From assembly GCA_046297395.1 (NCBI GenBank), contig JBKCNM010000075.1:14037-78036 (forward strand): 64,000 nucleotides of DNA, read 5' to 3'. Below, piece by piece: positions 9,387-18,972 of this stretch. The position numbers and the translations under genes were made by a program. The first letter of the stretch is position 1, and each line of letters opens with the position of its first letter. The notes below the pieces were generated by a model. It had not been told where the DNA came from. It saw nothing but the letters and a program-made list of their open reading frames with translations, and ran no database searches. Source of the stretch: Bacteroidota bacterium (GTDB taxonomy: Bacteria; Bacteroidota; Bacteroidia; UBA4408).

Positions 9387-10684
9387 TAAATTGTTTACTG
9401 ATTGGCTCAGGCGGAAGAGAGCATGCGCTGGCAGAAGCCCTGCTCGGCAGTACGGGCATTGGTGAGCTCTATGTGGCACCGGGAAATGCAGGAACTGCCC
9501 GGGATGCAAAAAACATCTCCATCCCCGAAAATGATTTCCCTGCTTTATCGGCATTTATTCTTCAGAACAAGATTGGATTGGTGCTGGTAGGCCCGGAAAT
9601 TCCACTGATTAACGGGATTGCTGACTATCTCAGAAAAATCCATGGCCCGGATTTAATCATTGTGGGGCCAACAACAAAGGGCGCACAACTGGAAGGCAGC
9701 AAAGCATTCAGCAAGAAACTGATGCAGGATTATGGTATCCCTACCGCAGCATTCAGGGAATTTTCTCGCGGAGAAACCCAAGCCGCCAAGACATTTTTAA
9801 GAAGCCTCTCCCCTCCTTTTGTCATCAAAGCAGACGGACCGGCAGCCGGAAAAGGGGTTGTGATTTGCGATACCCAAGCAGAAGCAGAAACCTGGATTCA
9901 CAGGATGCTTGAAGAGGCTGTATTTGGAGCATCCTCCTCCAAAGTAGTTATTGAGCAGTTTATCAAGGGTACAGAAGTAAGTGTATTTTTTCTTACGGAT
10001 GGTCAACATTATTTAATTCTTCCTGAAGCCAAAGACTATAAACGCATTGGAGATCAAGATTCAGGTCCGAATACCGGAGGCATGGGATCTGTTTCGCCGG
10101 TGGTTTTTTACACGCCTGCCTTAGCAAAAAAAGTAGAGGAAAAAATTATACGGAAAACCCTCCGGGCGCTGCAACAGGAAAACATTGCTTATATGGGATT
10201 TATCTTTTTGGGGCTCATGATAGATGAGCATGGCGAGCCATGGGTAATTGAATACAATTGCCGCATGGGAGATCCCGAAACCCAAAGCGTGATGGCCAGG
10301 ATACAACCCGACTGGATAAATGTTTTTTCTGCCATGCACAGGCAAAGGCTACATGAAGTAACCTTGCAGATTTTACCTTGCTATGTGGTCTCCGTTGTTA
10401 TGGCAGCAAAAGGATATCCGGGTAATTATCCTACCGGGATGGAGATAAAAATTCCTTCAGAAATGTATTCGAAAATTCGGTTTGCCGGAGTGACTTTACA
10501 GAATCAGAAATTGCTTACAAAAGGCGGAAGGGTAATTTCTGCCAACGGAGTTGGCAATACGCTCGACGAAGCAATTAAAGAGGCCTACGCAATATGCGAA
10601 CAGGTGGATTATGAGGATCATTACTATCGAAAAGACATTGGAAATGATTTGTTGATCCTACAGCAAAAAAATGTATTTTTATGA
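9383..10684 (+). CDS. purD: Phosphoribosylamine--glycine ligase (PurD)
   Basis: 433 aa. N-terminus MINCLLIGSGGREHALAEAL is the canonical PurD start. An ATP-grasp core follows (VIKADGPAAGKGVVIC, ...EYNCRMGDPETQ). It overlaps the upstream gene by 4 nt. Confidence 0.9.
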   Translation: MINCLLIGSGGREHALAEALLGSTGIGELYVAPGNAGTARDAKNISIPENDFPALSAFILQNKIGLVLVGPEIPLINGIADYLRKIHGPDLIIVGPTTKGAQLEGSKAFSKKLMQDYGIPTAAFREFSRGETQAAKTFLRSLSPPFVIKADGPAAGKGVVICDTQAEAETWIHRMLEEAVFGASSSKVVIEQFIKGTEVSVFFLTDGQHYLILPEAKDYKRIGDQDSGPNTGGMGSVSPVVFYTPALAKKVEEKIIRKTLRALQQENIAYMGFIFLGLMIDEHGEPWVIEYNCRMGDPETQSVMARIQPDWINVFSAMHRQRLHEVTLQILPCYVVSVVMAAKGYPGNYPTGMEIKIPSEMYSKIRFAGVTLQNQKLLTKGGRVISANGVGNTLDEAIKEAYAICEQVDYEDHYYRKDIGNDLLILQQKNVFL

Positions 10685-11909
10685 AATTGAATCTTCCATG
10701 AATTCCATCTTACATTCCATACAAAGCCAGGGCGGTTTGCTTCCTCAGGAAGAAATGTTGGAGGTTGCCAAAAAAAAAGGAGATCTTTTCATCGGATTAC
10801 CAAAGGAAACATCCTTTCAGGAAAACAGAATTGCTCTTGTACCCGACGCCGTTGCCATGCTGGTAAGCAATGGCCATGAAATTGTGATGGAGACCGGGGC
10901 CGGAAGTGGTGCCAACTTCGACGACAAAGATTATAGCGAGGCAGGGGCGAGAATTGTGCATTCTCCGGAAGAAGTATACAAAGCTGATATCATCCTTAAA
11001 ATTGCACCTCCCTCGGCTGCTGAAACCGCATTGCTGCAGCGCAAACAAACCCTGTTGTCTGCCCTTCAGCTAAGTGTTCAGAAAGAGGATTTTGTTCGTC
11101 AGCTGATGGATAAAAAAGTGACTGCAATCGCTTTTGACCACATCAAAGATGAAGATGGTATTTTTCCTGTGATTCGCTCGATGAGTGAAATTGCCGGTAA
11201 TGCCGCCATCCTTATTGCAGCAGAATACCTCAATAATATCAATCAGGGCCAAGGGGCTATTTTTGGTGGAGTAACCGGCATTCCGCCCACCGAAGTCCTT
11301 ATAATAGGCGCCGGTACCGTGGGTGAGTTTGCCACCCGCGCTGCATTGGGGCTTGGGGCTTCCGTAAAAATTTTTGATAACTCTCCCTACAGACTTCGTC
11401 GCCTGCAAAGTGATTTGGGAACAAGGGTGTTTACCTCGGTATTGCAACCCAAGATTCTTTCCAAACATCTAAAAACGGCTGATGTTGCTATCGGGGCATT
11501 GAGGGCAACAAACGGAAGAACACCCTGTGTAGTAAGTGAACAAATGGTGAGTGAAATGAAAAATGGGGCGGTTATTGTTGACATTAGCATCGACCAGGGT
11601 GGGTGCTTTGAAACATCAATCGTTACCAATCATACCAGGCCGGTTTTTCGTAAATACGGAGTGATACACTATTGTGTACCGAACATTGCCTCCAGGGTTT
11701 CTCGTACGGCTTCATATGCGCTGAGCAATATTTTTGCACCTATCCTTCTAAACATCGGTGAGGAAGGCGGAATTGAGCAAATGCTGCGCAGGCAGCGCGG
11801 GGTGAGAAATGGTGTGTATATCTACAATGGTACACTCACAAGTAAATTTTTAGGAGAAATCTACAACCATCCCTACACCAACATAGACCTGTTGATGTCG
11901 GCTCTTTAA
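10671..11909 (+). CDS. Alanine dehydrogenase / pyridine nucleotide transhydrogenase-alpha family protein (probable alanine dehydrogenase)
   Basis: 412 aa. N-terminal AlaDh/PNT domain (ENRIALVPDAVAMLVSNGHEIVMETGAGSGANFDDKDYSEAGARIV) and an NAD Rossmann fold (VLIIGAGTVGEFATRAALGLGASVKIFD). Confidence 0.6.
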   Translation: MYFYEIESSMNSILHSIQSQGGLLPQEEMLEVAKKKGDLFIGLPKETSFQENRIALVPDAVAMLVSNGHEIVMETGAGSGANFDDKDYSEAGARIVHSPEEVYKADIILKIAPPSAAETALLQRKQTLLSALQLSVQKEDFVRQLMDKKVTAIAFDHIKDEDGIFPVIRSMSEIAGNAAILIAAEYLNNINQGQGAIFGGVTGIPPTEVLIIGAGTVGEFATRAALGLGASVKIFDNSPYRLRRLQSDLGTRVFTSVLQPKILSKHLKTADVAIGALRATNGRTPCVVSEQMVSEMKNGAVIVDISIDQGGCFETSIVTNHTRPVFRKYGVIHYCVPNIASRVSRTASYALSNIFAPILLNIGEEGGIEQMLRRQRGVRNGVYIYNGTLTSKFLGEIYNHPYTNIDLLMSAL

Positions 11910-11916
11910 ACAAGAA

Positions 11917-12297
11917 ATGGAAACAAAAAACGATTTTGGCCGGAGGCTATGGCTTTTTTCCTTGGGAGTTGTGATTGGTTCTGTAGTGGTTTATTTTTCT
12001 GTTTTCAAAAATCGGAATATTTACAAATCACCACAGGAAGTAATCATCGAAAAACTTTTGAAGTATCCTTCAACTATAAAACAAGAGGCCAAAAACAATA
12101 TGGATGCCCTTCAACTTAAAGGAGAAGATATTCGAAAAATTCTGGAACAGGGAGATGTGGAATTCAGTAACAGCGAAGTGCACAGAAAGCCCTGCCCCAT
12201 TTATTTTATTCGCAATACGGATGAAAGCGTAAAGGTGCAATCTATCCGTTTTGAACTTTGTGATTCCACTTCCTGTTTAATCAATATTACTCCCTAA
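11917..12297 (+). CDS. Hypothetical membrane-anchored small protein
   Basis: 126 aa, with one N-terminal TM helix (LWLFSLGVVIGSVVVYFSVF). No recognisable motif. Confidence 0.4.
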   Translation: METKNDFGRRLWLFSLGVVIGSVVVYFSVFKNRNIYKSPQEVIIEKLLKYPSTIKQEAKNNMDALQLKGEDIRKILEQGDVEFSNSEVHRKPCPIYFIRNTDESVKVQSIRFELCDSTSCLINITP

Positions 12298-12306
12298 AAT
12301 AACACT

Positions 12307-13515
12307 GTGCTCTTTCATTTGGATTTACCCTTGAATTTCAAATGTCTCCTCTTCCTGTTATCTGTTGGTTTGTTTTTTAATGAAGGATTGTTTGCCCAAA
12401 CCATTCTCTATGGAAACAATAATTATGTAGAGTACCAGGTTGGCAATTTGCCTGTGGTAATCGCTGTGTCTCATGGCGGTAATCTCGATCCCCCATCCAT
12501 CCCCGACAGAAGTTGCAATAATGCGGTTCTTGTAGCAGATGCCTTTACTATTGAGACGGCTTTGGAAATCAAAAACAAATTTTTTTTATCAACGGGGTGC
12601 TATCCTCACCTGATCATTTCTCATTTGAAAAGGAGCAAGCTGGATCCTAACCGGAATATTGCCGAGGGGGCCTGCGGAAATCCCGCAGCTGAAAATGCCT
12701 ATAATGAATTTCATGGTTTTATTGCGCAAGCCCGAAATACTGCCAATGCCCAATACAATTTCAATACTTTTTTTTTGGATTTGCATGGGCATGGAAATCC
12801 CATACAAAGAATTGAGCTTGGCTATTTACTTTACGATGACGAGCTCGAATTGTCCGATTCTGCACTGAATTCAACACCATATATCAATTACAGTTCAATT
12901 AAAAATCTTGCCCTCAATAATCAAAATAATTTCAGTCATGCACAAATGCTGAGAGGTCCAATGGCCTTGGGGACGATGCTTGGCGAACGCAATTATCCCT
13001 GTGTCCCAAGCATGGCGATTCCCTTTCCCGGAACCAATACAAATTACTTTAGTGGTGGCTACATTACAGCCAATCATACATGTTTTGCTACCGGAGTTGC
13101 AATCAACGGGCTGCAAATGGAACTCAATTATTCAGGTATAAGAGACAATGCTGTCCATCGTATTTCTTTCGCATCCGCATTCTGTGAAAGTTTAATTGAA
13201 TACTTGAATGCTCATTTTAGCATCTCCTGGAATGCATGCAACCCACAAAGCTCTGAGCCCCTGACAAAAGAAATACATGGGGCAGTGTATCCTAATCCTG
13301 CGAGTATTGGAGAACCTCTGTATTTGAACATTTCTGGGGCTGCACAATTTCAGTTTAGCCTATTTAATCCCTTTGGAAAATGCGTCCGTATGGGAGAAAT
13401 TACAGAATCATTAACAGGAATAAAAACGCAAAATCTTTCCCCGGGATTGTATTTCCTAAAGGTGAATAACCCGGAAGGAATCCCTTTCTTCTCCTCTTAT
13501 TTGGTGCTGAGATAA
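12307..13515 (+). CDS. Secreted metallo-hydrolase-like protein (N-formylglutamate amidohydrolase / succinylglutamate desuccinylase-like fold) with a T9SS C-terminal sorting domain
   Basis: 402 aa with a signal peptide. The N-domain has AVSHGGNLDPP ... FFLDLHGHGNP, an HxG...D...H metal-site pattern. The last 75 aa or so (VYPNPASIGEPLYLNISGAAQFQFSLFNPFGK...GLYFLKVNNPEGIPFFSSYLVLR) fit the Por/T9SS CTD pattern. Confidence 0.55.
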   Translation: MLFHLDLPLNFKCLLFLLSVGLFFNEGLFAQTILYGNNNYVEYQVGNLPVVIAVSHGGNLDPPSIPDRSCNNAVLVADAFTIETALEIKNKFFLSTGCYPHLIISHLKRSKLDPNRNIAEGACGNPAAENAYNEFHGFIAQARNTANAQYNFNTFFLDLHGHGNPIQRIELGYLLYDDELELSDSALNSTPYINYSSIKNLALNNQNNFSHAQMLRGPMALGTMLGERNYPCVPSMAIPFPGTNTNYFSGGYITANHTCFATGVAINGLQMELNYSGIRDNAVHRISFASAFCESLIEYLNAHFSISWNACNPQSSEPLTKEIHGAVYPNPASIGEPLYLNISGAAQFQFSLFNPFGKCVRMGEITESLTGIKTQNLSPGLYFLKVNNPEGIPFFSSYLVLR

Positions 13516-13772
13516 TCTCATGTATATGTTCAAATAGTTCCCGAAATGAATGGGATTTTTTTCAGATAGAATTTTCAATGGGAATACTTGATAAGGCGCT
13601 TTGCTTTTCTACTCCATCAAGTTAAAAAGAAAGCACCTACCCTATTTGCACAAGGAAGAATTGGACGGAAAAAACTCCTCATTCAGGTTTTCCTTCTAAG
13701 TGATTTTATAGTGATGTACTTCTACCCTTGTCCAAGGTTGCCTCTTGAGATTATATCAATCCCGAAGCCTCA

Positions 13773-15098
13773 TTAAAAAGCTTCTGTAAAAGCCAGATAA
13801 AAATACCCGCCCTGGGAACCATGACCATAGTCAAGCCTTACATTGAGTCTTTCGGCTGTATTTAATAAAAACCGAAGTCCCGTTCCAATGGTGAATTTTA
13901 AGGATTTCATGCGAATGTCTGAGGTCCGCGAAAAAATATCCCCTACCCCGGCAAATGTTGCCAGACCCATTCTCCAGAAAACAGGAAATCTATATTCGAA
14001 CTGAGCACCAAACATATGAGCATCCCTGAAACGATTTCTCGGATACCCCCTCAGCATATCATCATTTCCGATTTGTGACATTTCAATAAAAGGTACATCG
14101 CCCAGTGCGAATCGTGCTTTTGTCTGAAAGGCCAAGATGTGTTTATGTCTAACTTGCCAAAACTTTCTGAACTCTCCATTAATAACAGTGAAGCTGAAAG
14201 TGCTGCCCAAAACACGCCTATAGAAATAAGAGGAAAATTCCACATATTTCCCGCTGTAAGGATTCATCACATTATCACGCTGATCTAATATGGCCACAAG
14301 TCCAAGCGCAGAACCAACACCACCATTGTATCCGCGAATTTTTCCGCTGTCCAATTTTTTTCCTTTTTCTCTTTTAAAATTATAGAAGTGGGTGTAATGA
14401 GCGTCTATTCCATAAAAGAGATGTCTCCTTATTTTTTTAAGGATCATCGTTTTGCAAGTAAGCATTTCATATGCAAATGACTCCTGTTCTTTTTTGCTTG
14501 TGCGGTTTCCAAGGCCATAGAACTTATCCGGGAAATCACGCGCCCTGAACTCTCCCTTAAAAAAATACTTTTCGCCGGCAGAAAACACATTCCATTCGCC
14601 CCAAACATCTTTTTGTTTTTGCTGGGTATAATGCGCTGATATCCTCAGATAAGAAGCCCTGGTTGTTCGCCCTGGGATGATTTTGTCTTTTAGATGAAAA
14701 ATTGTAGCGGCAGATATTCCAATTCCCCAGCGAGTGTCAGGCGTATAAAAAACTATTGGCGCAGCAAAATAGCCTGTTTTATGATTGATGAGCGTATCCG
14801 AAAGAGGAGTAATACCGAGCTTGTTCCATATTTTATTCTGAGGTGCTTCCTCAGCGCATAGGATGCCAGACAGATTCATAAACATGCATAAAGCTATTGC
14901 AATATTGAGAAGGCCATGTCTATAATAAAGCAGCATCATCTTGCTTAGACGAAGCAGCAAAGCAGATTGGGCCTTATCGAAAATCTGTTTGCTTTTTAAT
15001 TTATCATGTAAAATTTCCTCCAACATATTTGTTGGGTTGTATGAAAAATTAATCGTGGAATAACTCGTGTAAACAAGGCTTGTGGTGCTATTGTCCAA
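13773..15098 (-). CDS. Outer-membrane beta-barrel protein, Omp85/surface antigen D15-like
   Basis: 441 aa. N-terminal hydrophobic signal or anchor. Y/F/G/N-rich alternating strands and a C-terminus ...YFYLAFTEAF (terminal Phe), as in OM beta-barrels. Confidence 0.5.
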   Translation of the reverse strand: MDNSTTSLVYTSYSTINFSYNPTNMLEEILHDKLKSKQIFDKAQSALLLRLSKMMLLYYRHGLLNIAIALCMFMNLSGILCAEEAPQNKIWNKLGITPLSDTLINHKTGYFAAPIVFYTPDTRWGIGISAATIFHLKDKIIPGRTTRASYLRISAHYTQQKQKDVWGEWNVFSAGEKYFFKGEFRARDFPDKFYGLGNRTSKKEQESFAYEMLTCKTMILKKIRRHLFYGIDAHYTHFYNFKREKGKKLDSGKIRGYNGGVGSALGLVAILDQRDNVMNPYSGKYVEFSSYFYRRVLGSTFSFTVINGEFRKFWQVRHKHILAFQTKARFALGDVPFIEMSQIGNDDMLRGYPRNRFRDAHMFGAQFEYRFPVFWRMGLATFAGVGDIFSRTSDIRMKSLKFTIGTGLRFLLNTAERLNVRLDYGHGSQGGYFYLAFTEAF

Positions 15099-15675
15099 TG
15101 AGTTGAATGTATTTTAAATGCGGTTGGACTGGTTAAAACAGCCATTACTTTTTTTCTCTGAGAGATTGTTAAAATCTGACGCAAATTTATTTTAATAATC
15201 GATTGTTAAAATAAAAAAACAGCCCACTTTCAATGTTGTGCAGTTGACTTTATATTGGCATTTATCAAAGATTAGGCGCTTGAGCGTGTTTTGTCTCAAG
15301 CATCGATTGTTTGTCGCAATTCACCCCAAGCCTTGCCTGGATGCTATTCTTTTGATCATCGAACAGATTAATCGAATGCATATTATATAATTTACAAGAG
15401 CATCTTTTTTCTAAAATAAAATCAGCCTTGCTAAGAATCTGGAAAAGCGTGACATGCGCTTTGGAAACATTCATTTGTTTAAGATTTCGCATGAAGAGAC
15501 GGCCAAAGCACAAGCGGCGTTTGACAGGATGCTTCGTGGGCTGTTTTTTAGCAACTCGATTCATCTTTGGTGGCAAAACCACTGTTGGTCTATAAAAACC
15601 TCTGCGTGTTATAAAAAATGGGGTGTTTATTTCTTATTAGATATTGCAGTAGTCTAATAAAAGACATTTCGCTTT

Positions 15676-15803
15676 TGTTCCATGTGGAACATTTTGATGT
15701 GTGTTTTTTGGGAATGTTTCATGTGGAACAACAGAATATTATTAATAATCAAATTCATGTGTTTACTTAAAGATTTAGCGAGCGCTTTGTTCCACATGGA
15801 ACA
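15676..15803. repeat. Three 16-bp palindromes: TGTTCCATGTGGAACA (15676-15691), TGTTTCATGTGGAACA (15715-15730) and TGTTCCACATGGAACA (15788-15803)
   Basis: Read directly from the sequence. Each has 7-bp inverted arms, TGTTCCA/TGGAACA, with a 2-bp spacer. Two copies are perfect and one has a single mismatch. They sit 39 and 73 bp apart inside a ~930-bp AT-rich non-coding region that flanks the 3' end of mnmG. Confidence 0.6.
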
Positions 15804-16033
15804 ATAAATCGCTATTTAAAGCAGTGTGTGGCGGTTTAAACTATTAAATGATATCAATAAAAATAGGCCTGAGGTTGCTTTAACAAGCCTTTAATAATAA
15901 AAATAAAGCGGGGGAACGGGGCTTTGTGTTTTTAAATTAAATTATTCTTGACCTTTACAAGGCCACGAATATCCTATGGTTGGTTTTTAAATCAACCGGG
16001 GTAAAAACTAAAAAGATAAAGGGTTGCGGTTTT

Positions 16034-17905
16034 TTACTTCTTGATATAGACAAGAAGTGTGGCAATGTCCGCCGGACTAATACCACTAATTGAGGTGGCA
16101 GAGGCTATTGTTTCCGGCTTAAGTCTCATAAGCTTTTCTCTTGACTCTGAAGACAAAGAATGTATTTTGCTATAATCCATATTGGCTGGGATCTTGAGCG
16201 CTCCAAAGGCAAGAACTTTGTTGGCCATCTCTCGTTCCTTGATGATATAAGACTCGTACTTCACCTCAATCTCTACCTGTTCTACAACCTCTTTATCAAA
16301 CAATTTGTCCTGAATAGAGTGGTCATCACAAACTGCGTAAGGAATAAGTTCTTCAAGGTACACCCCTGGCCTTTTTAAAACCAGAAGAAGAGATGTTCGC
16401 TGCTCAATGGGCGATGTCCCTAAACCCACTAGGAATTGATTCACCGTTTCCGGTATTAACCGTGCGTTTCTCAGCCCATGTGATAATGCTTCGATGTTTC
16501 TTTGTTTCTCTTCATACATCTTCCATCTCCTATTTTTGACCAATCCCCATTCGCGGCCCTTAGGCGTAAGGCGTGCGTCAGCATTGTCCTGCCTTAAAAG
16601 AATTCTGTACTCGGCACGAGATGTAAACATCCTGTAAGGTTCGTCGGTGCCTTTGGTAACCAAATCGTTGATCAGTACGCCTATGTACGCTTCATCCCTT
16701 GAAAGCACAAGGGGCTCTTTGTTTAAGCATTGACTGCCAGCATTCATACCCGCCAGCAAACCCTGACAAGCAGCTTCTTCATATCCGGTTGTACCATTTA
16801 TCTGTCCGGCAAAATATAATCCTTCAATGGCTTTGGTCTCCAATGATTCTTTTATCTGGGTGGGAGGAAAATAATCATACTCAATTGCATATCCTGGCCG
16901 GAATAGTTTCGCATTTTCAAACCCTGGAACCCTTGCAAGTGCTTTTCTCTGTATGTGTTCCGGCAGGCTTGTGCTAAATCCATTTAGATAAACCTCTACC
17001 GTATTCCAGCCTTCTGGCTCCACAAAAAGTTGATGTCTGTCCCTTTCTGCAAACCTGTTTATCTTGTCTTCTATGGACGGACAATATCTTGGACCTAGGC
17101 CTTTTATCCTTCCCTGAAACATGGGAGATTGTTCAAATCCTTCTCTAAGTAAATCGTGTACACCTTCATTCGTACAGGCAATCCAGCAACTTAACTGACT
17201 TTTTGGTAAGGGGAGGGTAGTATCATATGAGAACCGGCCTGGCTCAGAGTCCCCCTTCTGTTCTTCCAGTTTAGAATAATCAATTGACCTGCCATCAATC
17301 CTCGGAGGCGTTCCGGTTTTCATTCTGCCTGTTGTAAAACCCAAGGAAATCAGTTGTTCTGTTAACCCGGTTGCTGCGCGCTCTCCTGTTCTTCCTCCTG
17401 AGGATTGTGATTCACCAACATGGATCACTCCGTTTAAAAAAGTCCCGTTGGTAAGTACCACCGTTCTTGCCTTGAACTGTAGACCAAGTCCTGTGGTGAT
17501 ACCCGTTACTCGATTGTGCTCGATGAGCAGGGAACGACACATATCCTGATAAAAATCAATGTTGTGATTTTGTTCTAGATACTGCCTCCATAAAGAGGCA
17601 AATAAATGTCTGTCGCTTTGACAGCGTGGACTCCACATGGCCGGTCCTTTGCTTCTGTTAAGCATCCGAAACTGCACGGCCGATAAATCACTGATGATAC
17701 CGCTATATCCGCCTAAGGCATCTATCTCTCTAACGATCTGTCCTTTGGCGATGCCTCCCATGGCAGGGTTGCAACTCATCTGCGCGATGGTTTGCATATT
17801 CATGGTAACAAGAAGAACCTTGCATCCCATATTGGCGGCAGCCATTGCTGCTTCACAGCCGGCATGACCTGCGCCAACAACAATTACATCATAAGTATGT
17901 TCCAT
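16034..17905 (-). CDS. mnmG: tRNA uridine-5-carboxymethylaminomethyl(34) synthesis enzyme MnmG (GidA)
   Basis: 623 aa. MEHTYDVIVVGAGHAGCEAAMAAANMGCKVLLVTMN is the hallmark FAD-binding N-terminus of MnmG. The length is right and the protein looks conserved throughout. Confidence 0.95.
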   Translation of the reverse strand: MEHTYDVIVVGAGHAGCEAAMAAANMGCKVLLVTMNMQTIAQMSCNPAMGGIAKGQIVREIDALGGYSGIISDLSAVQFRMLNRSKGPAMWSPRCQSDRHLFASLWRQYLEQNHNIDFYQDMCRSLLIEHNRVTGITTGLGLQFKARTVVLTNGTFLNGVIHVGESQSSGGRTGERAATGLTEQLISLGFTTGRMKTGTPPRIDGRSIDYSKLEEQKGDSEPGRFSYDTTLPLPKSQLSCWIACTNEGVHDLLREGFEQSPMFQGRIKGLGPRYCPSIEDKINRFAERDRHQLFVEPEGWNTVEVYLNGFSTSLPEHIQRKALARVPGFENAKLFRPGYAIEYDYFPPTQIKESLETKAIEGLYFAGQINGTTGYEEAACQGLLAGMNAGSQCLNKEPLVLSRDEAYIGVLINDLVTKGTDEPYRMFTSRAEYRILLRQDNADARLTPKGREWGLVKNRRWKMYEEKQRNIEALSHGLRNARLIPETVNQFLVGLGTSPIEQRTSLLLVLKRPGVYLEELIPYAVCDDHSIQDKLFDKEVVEQVEIEVKYESYIIKEREMANKVLAFGALKIPANMDYSKIHSLSSESREKLMRLKPETIASATSISGISPADIATLLVYIKK

Positions 17906-17951
17906 GGTGTTTGGTCTGCAAAAATTGTGTTTTTTCGCACATCAAATCGCA

Positions 17952-18833
17952 ATGGAGTTACTAAAAGCCTGTCCAATTTGTAAAAAGCCTGAAAGACGCA
18001 CCCATTTAACGGTTGAGGATTGTTTAGTGAGCCATGAGCACTTTGCGCTTTCTGAATGTATTTCATGTGGATTTGTATACACATCTCCCAGGCCCCCGGA
18101 GGAAGAAATTGGGAAATACTACCAAAGCAATGAGTATGTATCTCATAACGACACAGGAAAAGGTATTATTCATTTTCTTTATCAAAAAGTTAAATCAATC
18201 ACGCTCAGACAGAAGTACCGGTTACTAAAATCTCTGCATACCAACGCAAGCATCTCTTTTCTGGATTATGGCTGTGGAACCGGAAGCTTTGCTGCTTATG
18301 TAGGCGGCAAAGGTCATGCTGTGAGCGGTCTTGAGCCTGATGCGGGAGCAAGAAGTATTGCAGCAGGTAAAATTGAAACTGTGTATAAGTCTCTTGCCGA
18401 AATTCCATCATCAGAATCATTTTCGGTCATTAGTCTTTGGCATGTATTGGAACATGTTCACCTTTTGGATTCAACAGTTTCACAACTTGTGGGCAGGCTG
18501 GGAGAGGGGGGCATCATGGTGATTGCTCTTCCCAACCGGAGTTCCCATGATGCCAAAGCATTGGGAAAGTGGTGGGCTGCCTATGATGCACCCCGTCATT
18601 TATATCATTTCAGCAAAAAAGATATTTGTGCTTTGCTTAAACAACATGGAATGATATCGATTGGTGAAAAGCCCATGTGGTTTGATGCTTTTTATGTGGG
18701 GATGCTGAGCTATCGGAACAAAGGAGCATCCTTTCCTGTTTTGAGAGGCTTTTGGATGGGTTTAATCAGCAATCTGCGCACCTTCTTAACAGGGGAATGC
18801 AGCAGCATGATTTATATTTTTAAAAAGCCCTGA
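17952..18833 (+). CDS. Class I SAM-dependent methyltransferase with an N-terminal Cys4 zinc-ribbon
   Basis: Motif I LDYGCGTGSFAAYV. N-terminal CPICKK...CISCG zinc ribbon. The start is taken at the internal Met (MELLKACPICKK), because the ORF's first ATG overlaps the mnmG start on the other strand. Confidence 0.7.
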   Translation: MELLKACPICKKPERRTHLTVEDCLVSHEHFALSECISCGFVYTSPRPPEEEIGKYYQSNEYVSHNDTGKGIIHFLYQKVKSITLRQKYRLLKSLHTNASISFLDYGCGTGSFAAYVGGKGHAVSGLEPDAGARSIAAGKIETVYKSLAEIPSSESFSVISLWHVLEHVHLLDSTVSQLVGRLGEGGIMVIALPNRSSHDAKALGKWWAAYDAPRHLYHFSKKDICALLKQHGMISIGEKPMWFDAFYVGMLSYRNKGASFPVLRGFWMGLISNLRTFLTGECSSMIYIFKKP

Positions 18834-18972
18834 GAAAGGCATTTCCCTTATATTCATCTTCCATGTTGTCCTTGGTGCAAGAACACAAGGATTATTCATT
18901 CACTAAATACCGAAATTTTTCTGTCTTTATGATACCGATGACAAACTAAGCCTTGCTATTTCGTATTATCGC

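Noticed and set aside
15265-15582. 105-aa ORF inside the mnmG-flanking non-coding region
   Set aside because: Composition is basic and low-complexity (MNRVAKKQPTKHPVKRR...). It has no RBS-like context or recognisable fold, and it lies in an AT-rich region where random ORFs are expected. I kept the region non-coding, though a small basic protein cannot be fully excluded.
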